Origin: a virus
Taxonomy: Duplodnaviria > Heunggongvirae > Uroviricota > Caudoviricetes
IMG/VR virus record: IMGVR_UViG_2529292889_000013
Length of the DNA stretch: 13,795 nt
Strand: one strand, 5' to 3'
Below, piece after piece: positions 1-7,498 of the stretch. The notes below the pieces were generated by a model. It worked only from the letters and a program-made list of their open reading frames with translations. It made no database searches and was not told the origin of the DNA. Positions within the stretch are counted from its first letter, which is position 1. Every line of letters begins with the position of its first letter. The position numbers and the translations under genes are program-made.

Positions 1-1074
1 TCATTTGTTGATTTCAATTTTGTCCCATTCTCTCCCTCGGCTGTCCCTATACTGCGCCGCCATTGAATCTGATTTATGTCCGAGAAGACGTTGAGCAAAC
101 TTATCGCCAATCTGATTGCGGTATAGTCTCGCCGACAGGCTACGCAGTTCATGGAATGTTGGCGGGTCTCCATCAAATGAGAGTCCAGATGCATTTCTCG
201 CCTTTGTAAAATACTTCGATACTGTTTTCGGGGAAAGTGGTTCGTGATGCGTTGATGCAATTATAGTGTCACTGCCGCTGGCCTCCCTGCATTTCTGTAG
301 TATATCAGCCAATGAGATATTGAGCGCGTCAATCGTTAGCGTCAGCGGAATGGCGAGCTTAGCCCCTGTTTTACCCTGTTCAATGTGAAGATGGTTGTCG
401 TTTATGTCTGACCATTTCATTTTGCACAAATCGCCGACTCTCTGACCTGTAACGACGGCCAAATCCATCGCAAGCCTCAGCCAGATTGGGAGAGGTTCGG
501 CTGCATGGTGAATCGCGACATACTCATTAGCTGTCAGCCTTGAGCGCCTTACTTCTGACTTTGCTGTGCGGGTTACTGTTACCGGATTCGTAGCCACATG
601 CCCCTCGGCTATTGCCTCACGAAAAACGTCAACAAGGGTTGACCTGATTAATTTTGCGGAAGCCGTTTTACCTTCTGCTACGTAGGTGTTTAGCATTGCT
701 GCCACCTCTTTCGTTGATATGTCAGCGAGCGGTTTGTCCGGCAATTTTCTTCGGATTGCCCTGATTTTGCTGGCGTAGTCGAGTAGAGTTTTCGGCCTGA
801 TACCCCTCTCGCTGAGGATTGTTTCATATCGGTCAAGCCACGCATGAAGAGTGATTGCGTCAGCGCCTTTAATTCTGTCTATCAGTGACTCACGCCTGCT
901 CCCGGATAGCAACTCAATATTGGCCTGTATTGCTTCAGTGATTGCTATCCTCCTGTCTCGGCCTAATCCAAACTCTTTACCCGTCCTTGGGTCCCTGTAG
1001 CAGTAATATCCATTGTTTCTTATATAAAGGTTAGGGGGTAAATCCCGGCGCTCATGACTTCGCCTTCTTCCCAT
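1..1074 (-). CDS. int: Lambda-type phage integrase (tyrosine recombinase), complete
   Basis: 357-aa ORF. N-terminus MGRRRSHERRDLPPNLYIRNNGYYCYRDPRTGKEFGLGRDRR and C-terminal HELRSLSARLY...LLGHKSD...AAQYRD...REWDKIEI match lambda Int as I remember it. ATG at 1072-1074 overlaps the xis stop, as in lambda. Confidence 0.95.
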   Translation of the reverse strand: MGRRRSHERRDLPPNLYIRNNGYYCYRDPRTGKEFGLGRDRRIAITEAIQANIELLSGSRRESLIDRIKGADAITLHAWLDRYETILSERGIRPKTLLDYASKIRAIRRKLPDKPLADISTKEVAAMLNTYVAEGKTASAKLIRSTLVDVFREAIAEGHVATNPVTVTRTAKSEVRRSRLTANEYVAIHHAAEPLPIWLRLAMDLAVVTGQRVGDLCKMKWSDINDNHLHIEQGKTGAKLAIPLTLTIDALNISLADILQKCREASGSDTIIASTHHEPLSPKTVSKYFTKARNASGLSFDGDPPTFHELRSLSARLYRNQIGDKFAQRLLGHKSDSMAAQYRDSRGREWDKIEINK

Positions 1075-1270
1075 TTCTGATCCTCTTCAAAAGGCTACCT
1101 GTTACTGGTCGATTTAAGTCAACCTTTACCGCTGATTCGTGGAACAGATACTCTCTTCCATCCTTAACAGGAGGAGGGAATATCCTGCATTCGCGCACCC
1201 ATCGACGAACTGTTTCAAGGCTTCTTGGGCGTCGCTGGCGTGCGTTCCACTCCTGAAGTGTCAAGTACAT
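1052..1270 (-). CDS. xis: Excisionase
   Basis: 72-aa ORF MYLTLQEWNARQRRPRSLETVRRWVRECRIFPPPVKDGREYLF..., essentially lambda Xis in sequence and length. ATG at 1268-1270; 3' end overlaps int start. Confidence 0.92.
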   Translation of the reverse strand: MYLTLQEWNARQRRPRSLETVRRWVRECRIFPPPVKDGREYLFHESAVKVDLNRPVTGSLLKRIRNGKKAKS

Positions 1271-1296
1271 CGCAAAGTCTCCGCAATTACACGCAA

Positions 1297-1317
1297 GAAA
1301 AAACCGCCATCAGGCGG
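1297..1317 (-). terminator. Putative intrinsic terminator between the Zn-ribbon gene and xis
   Basis: Minus-strand RNA forms CCGCC-UGAU-GGCGG followed by UUUUUUCUU (plus strand aaaaaaCCGCCatcaGGCGG). The U-tract follows the hairpin only in the minus direction. Confidence 0.5.
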
Positions 1318-1360
1318 CTTGGTGTTCTTTCAGTTCTTCAATTCGAATATTGGTTACGTC

Positions 1361-1660
1361 TTATTCGATGCGCACTCCTGGTATTTCGCCTTTTGATATT
1401 GCTAAGTCATAAATTTGCGCGGCACTATACCCATCTCGCATCCATGAATCTAAGGCGCGAACAGCCTCGCTACGCTTTTTATCTTCTCTCTCATTTTTGA
1501 TATCAACGAGGACATCAACGCAATTAAGGCAAATGTGGATTTTGTCCTTACATTCGATCATGGCGGCTTTGCCATGATTTCCGCCACACAGTGAGCATAA
1601 ATCTTCAGGGGCTGGCTGGTATTTCTGTAACGTTAGAGGGTTGAATGTTGAACAGGCCAT
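1361..1660 (-). CDS. Hypothetical Cys-rich (zinc-ribbon-like) protein, 99 aa
   Basis: ORF with a CxxC ... C ... CxxC cluster (CSLCGG...IECKDKIHICLNC). Start chosen at the third ATG (MACSTF, 1658-1660), which sits 6 nt after a GGAG; the upstream ATGs lack an SD. No family recognised. Confidence 0.55.
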   Translation of the reverse strand: MACSTFNPLTLQKYQPAPEDLCSLCGGNHGKAAMIECKDKIHICLNCVDVLVDIKNEREDKKRSEAVRALDSWMRDGYSAAQIYDLAISKGEIPGVRIE

Positions 1661-1664
1661 AATC

Positions 1665-1696
1665 ATCTCCATAAAACAAAACTCGCCGTAGCGAGT
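1665..1696 (-). terminator. Terminator-like or attenuator hairpin just upstream of the Zn-ribbon gene
   Basis: ACTCGC-CGTA-GCGAGT perfect 6-bp stem (1681-1696), followed on the minus strand by UUUUGUUUU that runs into the gene's RBS. Weak stem; function uncertain. Confidence 0.3.
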
Positions 1697-1855
1697 TCAG
1701 ATAAAAGAAATCCCCGCGAGTGCGAGGATAGTTATTCATTGTCGATATTTACATTTATTTCGAATATCTTTACTGGGTAATCGCCAAAGTCATATGTTTT
1801 TTATTCTGTTTTATAAGCACTACCAAGTACTGCTTATTACAAATAAGAAAAGGCT

Positions 1856-1886
1856 GAAAAAATATTTAAGGCCACAACTGTGGCCC
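1856..1886 (-). terminator. Putative intrinsic terminator for the secreted-protein gene
   Basis: Perfect inverted repeat GGCCACA/TGTGGCC (1870-1885) about 10 nt past the TAA at 1896-1898, followed on the minus strand by U-rich UUAAAUAUUUUUU. Confidence 0.55.
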
Positions 1887-1895
1887 TAAATTTAC

Positions 1896-2594
1896 TTACG
1901 GCACTGCGTTAATCAGATTACAAATACCTCTTTTGGCAGGGTCTGAATTCAACTTCTGAAAATTGGCGTTCAACATAGCCGTGTGTAAGTGATTCTCAAC
2001 CTCAAAGAATAAGTCGATTTTGCCCTCTTTGGCTGCCTGTTTCTTCCAAATATTCACTTGGTCATCAGCAATACGACTGGCGCAAGTGAACAAGAACGAA
2101 CTGCCTCTAGGAATGGATGTCGTGCTGTAATACTCACCATCTACTTCTACATATTTAGCTCGGAATGACTCTAAGGTTAGCTCATTGCCGTTCTTGACCG
2201 ACTTAGCTTCTGCCTTACTTGTTTCTTCCTGCTCTTCAGAATGTTTCTGCGCCGACGTGGGTATGTCATTGGCCGCTGTTACGCTGACTGAACTCCCCAA
2301 ACCTTTGAGGCCATTAATTTGGATAAGATAAGCCAGCTCCAGAGCCTTATTATCAGTGAGTTTTCCACGCATATTTACCCACTGACGTTGAACCATTTTT
2401 AGGGTGTCTGCGTTCTCTGGGTTTCCTTTGAGGGCACTAGAATAGGCAGAGCTAAGCTGTTCGTCTAATTTTGACAGACGTTCGTTATCGCAGATTTTAT
2501 GTTCGATTGCTGTCGAAGCCTTTTGGCAGTCAAAGCTGGCTGCAAATGCACCCGGCGATGCCACTAACAATGATGCCAGTAGGATATTTTTCAT
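1896..2594 (-). CDS. Secreted protein with N-terminal DUF1311 / LprI-like (lysozyme-inhibitor-like) domain; self-contained cargo gene
   Basis: Start ATG at 2592-2594 (MKNILLASLLVASPGAFAAS...) with a GGAG 6 nt upstream; the ORF-track start 27 nt further up has no SD. Clear signal peptide, then a Cys-containing SFDCQKAS...HKICDNERL...LDEQL region that I recall as typical of DUF1311. Own terminator; 130-bp intergenic region upstream. Confidence 0.7.
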   Translation of the reverse strand: MKNILLASLLVASPGAFAASFDCQKASTAIEHKICDNERLSKLDEQLSSAYSSALKGNPENADTLKMVQRQWVNMRGKLTDNKALELAYLIQINGLKGLGSSVSVTAANDIPTSAQKHSEEQEETSKAEAKSVKNGNELTLESFRAKYVEVDGEYYSTTSIPRGSSFLFTCASRIADDQVNIWKKQAAKEGKIDLFFEVENHLHTAMLNANFQKLNSDPAKRGICNLINAVP

Positions 2595-2724
2595 ATTCAC
2601 TCCATAAATACAAAAGCGCATTACTATAGCACTTAACCGATCGCTTATCTCGCCCGTTCGTCATTCTTATCTAACCAGAACATGCGACTGCCACAGCACA
2701 TGTCGAGGATTGCTGCATGTCCAG

Positions 2725-3162
2725 TCACTGGTTGCCTCCTTTGCGAAGCTGGGCGGCTAACTCATCACATATGTGCGTCAAAGAGCAAAGTTTGATTGAT
2801 GGGTGTTCGCGCATCATCTCAACCCCCTGCGCCCGCACTTCAGACAGGAAAGAGTCGGTGGCTGGGGTTTCAACACGGATGCTGTCGCGCAAGATGAAAA
2901 ATGCATTGAGCATTCCAGTCTCTGGCACTTCATCCTGATGCTTCTCATACTCATCAAGAGCCTTCATCATCTCTGCTCCGAATGGTTGAGGGTGCACAGA
3001 CTTCAGCTCCGCATTCTCCGCCGCCAGCGCCGCGCACTTGGCCTCCGCTTCAGCAAATTTGCGTACCAGATATTCAGCATTTGTTTCGTTAACCTTTAAA
3101 TCACATGGGATGCATTTACCTTTCAGAAATCCATCCATCTCAATTAGTGTCATTCGTTTCAT
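2725..3162 (-). CDS. Hypothetical early-region protein, 145 aa, possibly Ead/Ea22-like
   Basis: ORF in the xis-ssb accessory interval. ATG at 3160-3162 overlaps the stop of the upstream 54-aa ORF (ATGA). The track start at 3180 is a GTG without SD. The Ea22 resemblance is a weak recollection. Confidence 0.6.
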   Translation of the reverse strand: MKRMTLIEMDGFLKGKCIPCDLKVNETNAEYLVRKFAEAEAKCAALAAENAELKSVHPQPFGAEMMKALDEYEKHQDEVPETGMLNAFFILRDSIRVETPATDSFLSEVRAQGVEMMREHPSIKLCSLTHICDELAAQLRKGGNQ

Positions 3163-3323
3163 TTCTTCCCACTCCGCCACATCGCATTCAGATATTTGTT
3201 TTGATTCACTGACGGAGAAGAATTTCTCTTAAGCAATTCCTCTCTCGATGGCATTGGCTTTACGCGTTGGCGAATAATCATTTCTGCCGGAAGAATGCCG
3301 GGATTGTATGCAAGTCCTCTCAT
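3159..3323 (-). CDS. Hypothetical small protein, 54 aa
   Basis: Internal ATG of the 104-aa track ORF, preceded by GAGGA with a 7-nt spacer. Its stop overlaps the next gene's ATG. The longer 104-aa form overlaps the well-supported 97-aa gene and was not adopted. Confidence 0.4.
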   Translation of the reverse strand: MRGLAYNPGILPAEMIIRQRVKPMPSREELLKRNSSPSVNQNKYLNAMWRSGKK

Positions 3324-3333
3324 GGTAAATTCC

Positions 3334-3627
3334 TCAGTCATTACTGATAGCGCCATAGCGTGATCGATAATTACGCAGGCGCGGGTCAATTTCAGGGAAG
3401 TGGGTATATGTGGCTTTGCGGAATGGTCGGATTGATGTCTGGTAAATTCGCTCGCGTTCTTCTTTCTCTGCAAGCCATATACAATGGCGAAATTCCTTTT
3501 CCTCTTTCGTTTCCTGCGGTAGCGACATTATCCGATCGTAGTTTTTTCTGAATTTATCCAGCACCTCCGATACGGAATTGCCGGAACAGCGGCGCGGGTC
3601 ATCCGCACCATACAGAGGCGCTGGCAT
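3334..3627 (-). CDS. Hypothetical protein, 97 aa
   Basis: ATG at 3625-3627 preceded by AGGAG with a 6-nt spacer, 14 nt downstream of the ssb stop. No family recognised. Confidence 0.65.
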   Translation of the reverse strand: MPAPLYGADDPRRCSGNSVSEVLDKFRKNYDRIMSLPQETKEEKEFRHCIWLAEKEERERIYQTSIRPFRKATYTHFPEIDPRLRNYRSRYGAISND

Positions 3628-3640
3628 GATTTTCTCCTGA

Positions 3641-4147
3641 TTAAATTGCGTGAATAGCGTGACGAGGGAAGGGGAGAGTTACTGGTGCAAAGGGTATATC
3701 GTCGTCAAAATCCATCGGAGGTTCGTTGTGTTGTGCTGGTGATGATTGCTGCTGTGGCTTCTGTGATTGCCTGCTGGCTGCTTGTTGTTTGCTGTCGCCA
3801 ATGCCGCCAAGCATTTGCATCACGCCATTAATTCCGACATGAACCTCGGTTGTGTAACGGTCTTGCCCTGACTGGTCTTTCCACTTTCTGGTTCTCAGCA
3901 TTCCCTCGAAATAAATCTGATCACCTTTTTTCACATACTGCCCCACGACCTCAGCCAGTTTCCCGGATACAGCAACACGATGCCATTCAGTCAATTCCTT
4001 TTGCTCGCCAGTATTTTTATCTCGCCATTGTTCTGACGTGGCTATTGTCAGGTTAGCGAACGCTGTTCCTGATGGTGAGTATCGAACTTCCGGGTCTTGT
4101 CCTACCCGACCAAGGATAATCACCTTATTTATCCCGCGAGAACTCAT
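3641..4147 (-). CDS. ssb: Single-stranded DNA-binding protein
   Basis: OB-fold N-terminus ([20 protein letters not shown]...TEWHRV...[18 protein letters not shown]), Gln/Pro-rich linker and the acidic [11 protein letters not shown] motif. Start taken at ATG 4145-4147 (SD AGGTGGAG upstream); the track start is a GTG 9 nt further up. The ORF continues 15 codons past DDDIPF. Confidence 0.9.
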   Translation of the reverse strand: MSSRGINKVIILGRVGQDPEVRYSPSGTAFANLTIATSEQWRDKNTGEQKELTEWHRVAVSGKLAEVVGQYVKKGDQIYFEGMLRTRKWKDQSGQDRYTTEVHVGINGVMQMLGGIGDSKQQAASRQSQKPQQQSSPAQHNEPPMDFDDDIPFAPVTLPFPRHAIHAI

Positions 4148-4611
4148 TTGCTCCACCTCTTGCCAGTTTTTATGTTGCTTATAATTGATTGAGATACACC
4201 CATGTCTTTTGCTATCTTGTACTGACTCTCTTTTTCAGAGAGTCTTTTCCTAATTTCTATAACCTGCCACTCTGTTAATTTTGCACCATGATGAGCATGA
4301 CCTTTCTTGGCTCCACGATGCCTTCCTTTTGCTATCTTGTCGTCCATGTTTTCTTGCGCGCTACCTAAAAAGAGATGTTCAGGATTAACGCAGCATGGGT
4401 TATCGCATTTGTGGCAAACCATCTTCCCAGATGGAATGGGGGAGTGATAAAGCTCAAAAGCAACCCGATGAGAAAGCATTGTTACGCCAAAGGCTACAAA
4501 TTTTGTGTATCCTCCTTTGTTTTTTGAATAGGTAGACTCCCAGCAACCTGTTGTTTCATTAACTTTGTAGCTGGACTCGAATCTTTTAATAATTCCGTCC
4601 AAGTGAGACAT
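4144..4611 (-). CDS. HNH homing-type endonuclease
   Basis: 155-aa ORF with a Cys/His cluster [19 protein letters not shown]...HHGAKL typical of phage HNH nucleases, and a C-terminal helix-turn-helix-like tail. The ORF abuts the SSAP stop and overlaps the ssb start. Confidence 0.8.
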   Translation of the reverse strand: MSHLDGIIKRFESSYKVNETTGCWESTYSKNKGGYTKFVAFGVTMLSHRVAFELYHSPIPSGKMVCHKCDNPCCVNPEHLFLGSAQENMDDKIAKGRHRGAKKGHAHHGAKLTEWQVIEIRKRLSEKESQYKIAKDMGVSQSIISNIKTGKRWSK

Positions 4612-5319
4612 TTATGCCGCCTGTTTTAGTTCGTTAACTCTGATGTTCATTACCTGAACGCATTTAGCCTGCGCCTCCTCGTTGCCAGCCATTAATTGCC
4701 AGTCACGCTGATAACGCTCGATGAGTTTTTTCTTGTCAGTTTCTGTTGATGCATAATCGCTGAAGTCTTTCAGGATTTGTTCGCAGTCAACCGATGGAGA
4801 TTTCTGGTTGGTATTTTCTGGTGATGGTTTGTTATCTGATGCTGGGATTGCCCATCCCGGCAGCGATGGAGGGAGCCAGTAAAATCCTGTTCCATCCTTC
4901 AGTTTTGCCCTGTGCCACCCCTGCTTTTTATCGAGAGATGTTTGTGCGAAACCTTCCTCAAGGTTATACAGATACCGACCGATTCCCCACTGAACGGCAG
5001 CGCGCTTCATTGCGCCGGAACGACCACCTTTGACGGCTTCTACCTGCGTGTTTTCAGCAGCATCCCATTTGGTTACCCATTCGGAATCAATCCTGATTGA
5101 TATGCCGCATTCAACGCCTCCGTTGTTGGGAATATCGCGGTATTCATTGCGCCATCCTGCTTTGCCGCAAACATCGTCCAGGCGTTTCATGATTGCCCTG
5201 TTCGTGACATAAGCCAGCACCATAGCCCACACCTTGCCATCGCGTGTTTTACCGCTTTGCTGTATTCGCCATTCGATATTTTCAGGGCTGAATGGCTCAT
5301 CGAATTTATTCAAATCCAT
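4612..5319 (-). CDS. Single-strand annealing recombinase, Rad52/Sak-like
   Basis: 235-aa ORF in the lambda bet position next to ssb. Contains an AMKRAAVQWGIGRYLYN motif that I recall as characteristic of Rad52-family annealing proteins. SD GAGGTG 4 nt before the ATG at 5317-5319. Confidence 0.7.
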   Translation of the reverse strand: MDLNKFDEPFSPENIEWRIQQSGKTRDGKVWAMVLAYVTNRAIMKRLDDVCGKAGWRNEYRDIPNNGGVECGISIRIDSEWVTKWDAAENTQVEAVKGGRSGAMKRAAVQWGIGRYLYNLEEGFAQTSLDKKQGWHRAKLKDGTGFYWLPPSLPGWAIPASDNKPSPENTNQKSPSVDCEQILKDFSDYASTETDKKKLIERYQRDWQLMAGNEEAQAKCVQVMNIRVNELKQAA

Positions 5320-5406
5320 AATTCACCTCAGAATGGACATGGACCAAGGAAATAACGCTGATTTAATACTTCGGTCTTTGCCGCATTTAAAAAGACGCGA
5401 ACACCT

Positions 5407-5577
5407 TCACGATCTCCCTTCTGGCGATACATTAACGCCTGCTGCGTGTACATGCGTCTCTGTAACTTGCTCTCCTTCACGGTGGTTGCAAGTGACATGA
5501 ATATCTCCTTCGTTACCGATTAATTCTTTCATCTGACGAATGAATTCTTCGTCTGACCAGTTATCTGTAAAACTCAT
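5407..5577 (-). CDS. Hypothetical small acidic protein, 56 aa
   Basis: ATG at 5575-5577 overlaps the TGA of the upstream Kil-like ORF (ATGA). The track form starts at a GTG 15 nt further up. Sits where lambda has gam but is not Gam-like. Confidence 0.45.
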   Translation of the reverse strand: MSFTDNWSDEEFIRQMKELIGNEGDIHVTCNHREGEQVTETHVHAAGVNVSPEGRS

Positions 5578-5696
5578 TTCCTGCGATACCACGGAAGGTT
5601 GATAGCTGATTTCATCGCTTTATTTGCTTCAAGCCACATTTTGGAATCACCAATAAATCTGGCTATTACTGCTTTGTTTTGTGCTGCACGAAGCAT
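5574..5696 (-). CDS. Kil-like small protein, 40 aa
   Basis: Sub-threshold ORF MLRAAQNKAVIARFIGDSKMWLEANKAMKSAINLPWYRRK translated by hand, directly downstream of cIII as kil is in lambda. The FIGD-x-KM core matches my recollection of lambda Kil. No clear SD. Confidence 0.4.
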   Translation of the reverse strand: MLRAAQNKAVIARFIGDSKMWLEANKAMKSAINLPWYRRK

Positions 5697-5710
5697 CTGG
5701 TGATTGATGG

Positions 5711-5845
5711 TTATTTCATTGCGCATAACGCCTCCAGTTGTTTCTTTGCTGCTCTGATTAATTGTTTAACTCGGCGTGATAATTCAGATTCGAGCGGGTA
5801 GAAAGCGGACATGACGCCGCTACCCGCGAGCTGAAAGTGCATCAT
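5711..5845 (-). CDS. cIII-like protein, 44 aa
   Basis: Start moved to the internal ATG (MMHFQLAGSG..., 5843-5845) preceded by AAGGAG with a 6-nt spacer. Central PLESELSRRVKQLIRAAKKQL resembles the lambda cIII helix (PSESLLERITRKLRDGWKRLI). Position upstream of kil matches. Confidence 0.6.
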   Translation of the reverse strand: MMHFQLAGSGVMSAFYPLESELSRRVKQLIRAAKKQLEALCAMK

Positions 5846-5908
5846 GGGTAACTCCTTATATTTGATTGCATAACGAAAACGCCTCTCGTGAAGCGTTATT
5901 GGTATGCA

Positions 5909-5935
5909 TATAAAAAAGCCCTCACACTGGAGGGC
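5909..5935 (-). terminator. Intrinsic terminator between the 207-aa gene and cIII (tL-like)
   Basis: GCCCTC-ACACTG-GAGGGC 6-bp GC-rich stem (5918-5935) followed on the minus strand by UUUUUUAU. Confidence 0.55.
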
Positions 5936-6069
5936 AAAGAAGATTTCCAATAATCAGAACAAGTCGGCTCCTGTTTGGTTACGAGCGACATTGCTCCGTG
6001 TATTCACTCGTTGGAATGAATACACAGTGCAGTGTTTATTCTGTTGTTTATGCCAAAAATAAAGGACGA

Positions 6070-6693
6070 TTATGCGGCCTCGGAAGGAAGTCCAATCATC
6101 TTATTCAAATCTTCTACCCGTAAAGCAGGAAGTGCTGTACTTGCTTTATCTGCTTCTTTTGGTAGCAACTCTTTGCTTTCAGGCCAAACTTCAATAAGTC
6201 GCTTAACTGTTGTGACTGAGTTCAAAGCAGCCCATACATTTGATTCGATATCCTTTTTCTTTGCTTCAAGTTTTTGTTGCAATGCGCAGATTTCATCAAA
6301 CCTTTTTGTTATTTCGTGTTCTGCGCTAAACATGCATTTATCTTTGGTCGGAGTAGGGAGCAATATATCTTCGCCGTTGCCGTCTTTCCCATATGAATAC
6401 CAGCCAATCCTTCTGCCAGATACAGTCAGATAAATTGAAGTTGAACGGGCATCGCATGAGTAAAATGAACATCCCAGCTTTTCAAGTTCTTCGCTTATAG
6501 CCATTAACTTGGATGATAACTGATCCACTTCCTCAGTTTTCTTTTTACCGCCAAACGCAACAACTCTGGCGTCAAGTGCAAGCTGGTTCTTTAACTTTGT
6601 TACTTCTTCAAGCTCAGTGAAAACCCCAGATTTAATTAAAGCGTTACGAGCGATTTTCTCTTTCATTCTCGTAGTTAAGCGGATTGATGACAT
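6070..6693 (-). CDS. Hypothetical protein, 207 aa, in the N-cIII accessory slot
   Basis: Start at the internal ATG (MSSIRLTTRMKEKIARNALIKSG..., 6691-6693) preceded by GAGAGGAA, 11 nt below the N stop. Predicted soluble with several charged helical stretches. No family recognised. Confidence 0.7.
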   Translation of the reverse strand: MSSIRLTTRMKEKIARNALIKSGVFTELEEVTKLKNQLALDARVVAFGGKKKTEEVDQLSSKLMAISEELEKLGCSFYSCDARSTSIYLTVSGRRIGWYSYGKDGNGEDILLPTPTKDKCMFSAEHEITKRFDEICALQQKLEAKKKDIESNVWAALNSVTTVKRLIEVWPESKELLPKEADKASTALPALRVEDLNKMIGLPSEAA

Positions 6694-6704
6694 ATTAATT
6701 CCTC

Positions 6705-7004
6705 TCAAATAAGTGGTTTGCTGCCTAATTTCATTTTCTGGCGACCAACACAAGTCACACCCATTTCACTGCGTGGCTTGCGGTAGTAAATACGGTTCTG
6801 TTTACGCTCGACTTCTTCTGCCTTCTTGCAGCGAAGGCTTCCGAGTGATGCTGCTTTATCTGCTCTGACGCAACCAGAGAGCTTTAGCGCAATTTTTCGT
6901 GCTAGTCGCTGCTCTTGCATTGCCTGTTCACGTTGAGCCTGTCTGCGTGCTCTGCGGCGATTTCTGGTGTTATCGTCAGCCAGATATGTAATGACTACTG
7001 TCAT
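6705..7004 (-). CDS. N: Antitermination protein N
   Basis: 99-aa ORF with an N-terminal arginine-rich motif (NRRRARRQAQREQ) and C-terminal GVTCVGRQKMKLGSKPLI, matching lambda N's GITCSGRQKIKGKSIPLI. SD GGAGGT upstream; nutL and PL lie upstream. Confidence 0.88.
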   Translation of the reverse strand: MTVVITYLADDNTRNRRRARRQAQREQAMQEQRLARKIALKLSGCVRADKAASLGSLRCKKAEEVERKQNRIYYRKPRSEMGVTCVGRQKMKLGSKPLI

Positions 7005-7111
7005 GTTGACCTCCGATGATTGACTTTGGCGGTGACGCGCCGGGTGCTTATCTTCCAGTTGCCGTTGTGCAGCTGCACTTCACGTCACCCCAAAGCCAAC
7101 TACTCTTTGGT

Positions 7112-7153
7112 TCCCGCATTTCGGCGGGACAATCCCATCAATGTTAAAGAGCC
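7112..7153 (-). promoter_or_regulatory. nutL (boxA plus boxB hairpin)
   Basis: Minus-strand GGCTCTTTAA (boxA-like, cf. CGCTCTTA) followed about 17 nt later by the hairpin UCCCGC-CGAAAU-GCGGGA. The same 18-mer recurs at nutR. Confidence 0.7.
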
Positions 7154-7198
7154 TGCCAATCTGTTCCGTTTGGCTTCCAGCGTCCTGCTGATGGCTAA

Positions 7199-7285
7199 AG
7201 AATACTGCAGGTATTTTATTTTGTAAATACCCAAGGTATTTATTTTTGGTGAAATAATGATAAGCAAATGAATACAAAGGATATT
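7199..7285 (-). promoter_or_regulatory. PL promoter with OL operators
   Basis: Minus-strand -35 TTTACA (7222-7227), 17-bp spacer, -10 TATTCT (7199-7204). Three 15-bp palindromes of type AATACC-N3-GGTATT: AATACTGCAGGTATT 7201-7215, AATACCCAAGGTATT 7226-7240, and weaker AATACAAAGGATATT 7271-7285. Confidence 0.65.
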
Positions 7286-7498
7286 TATTTTTTTGGCGCC
7301 TGCTTGTTCAGTGCTTTTTATGCGGGATATGTGAAGTGGATCCCGATAGCTATTGCTGCCGGGATTATGGGTTAGTCAGCGAAGGTTAAGACGAGAATTA
7401 CCTTAATGATGTCTGCTACAACAGATACGGCCATAGATAAACCAAAGACGATCCAAGCCATAGAGATGTCTTCACTACCATCGTATAGAGTTCCGTAA

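Noticed and set aside
1139-1500. Plus-strand ORFs 1139..1396 and 1225..1500 (85 and 91 aa)
   Set aside because: They lie antisense to xis and the Zn-ribbon gene and across a terminator, have no SD, and give low-complexity translations. Treated as shadows of the minus-strand genes.
3159-3473. Full 104-aa form of the minus-strand ORF 3159..3473
   Set aside because: Its 5' half overlaps the 97-aa gene, which has a strong SD, in another frame. Only the 3' 54 codons, which start at an SD-preceded ATG, were kept.
2717-3551. Plus-strand ORFs 2717..2938, 2803..3099, 3038..3232 and 3360..3551
   Set aside because: All are antisense to a coherent, translationally coupled minus-strand gene chain and lack initiation signals.
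3850-5500. Plus-strand ORFs 3850..4056, 4794..5033, 4912..5100, 5030..5212 and 5234..5500
   Set aside because: Antisense to ssb, the annealing-protein gene and neighbours; no SDs; direction opposite to the PL transcription unit.
6032-6433. Plus-strand 133-aa ORF antisense to the 207-aa gene
   Set aside because: Low-complexity Ser/Phe-rich translation, no SD, embedded in the leftward operon. The minus-strand gene has much better initiation context.
7020-7277. ORFs 7020..7226 (+) and 7080..7277 (-) across the N-PL interval
   Set aside because: They run through nutL and the PL/OL operators, where lambda has only regulatory sequence. Regulatory motifs explain the region better.
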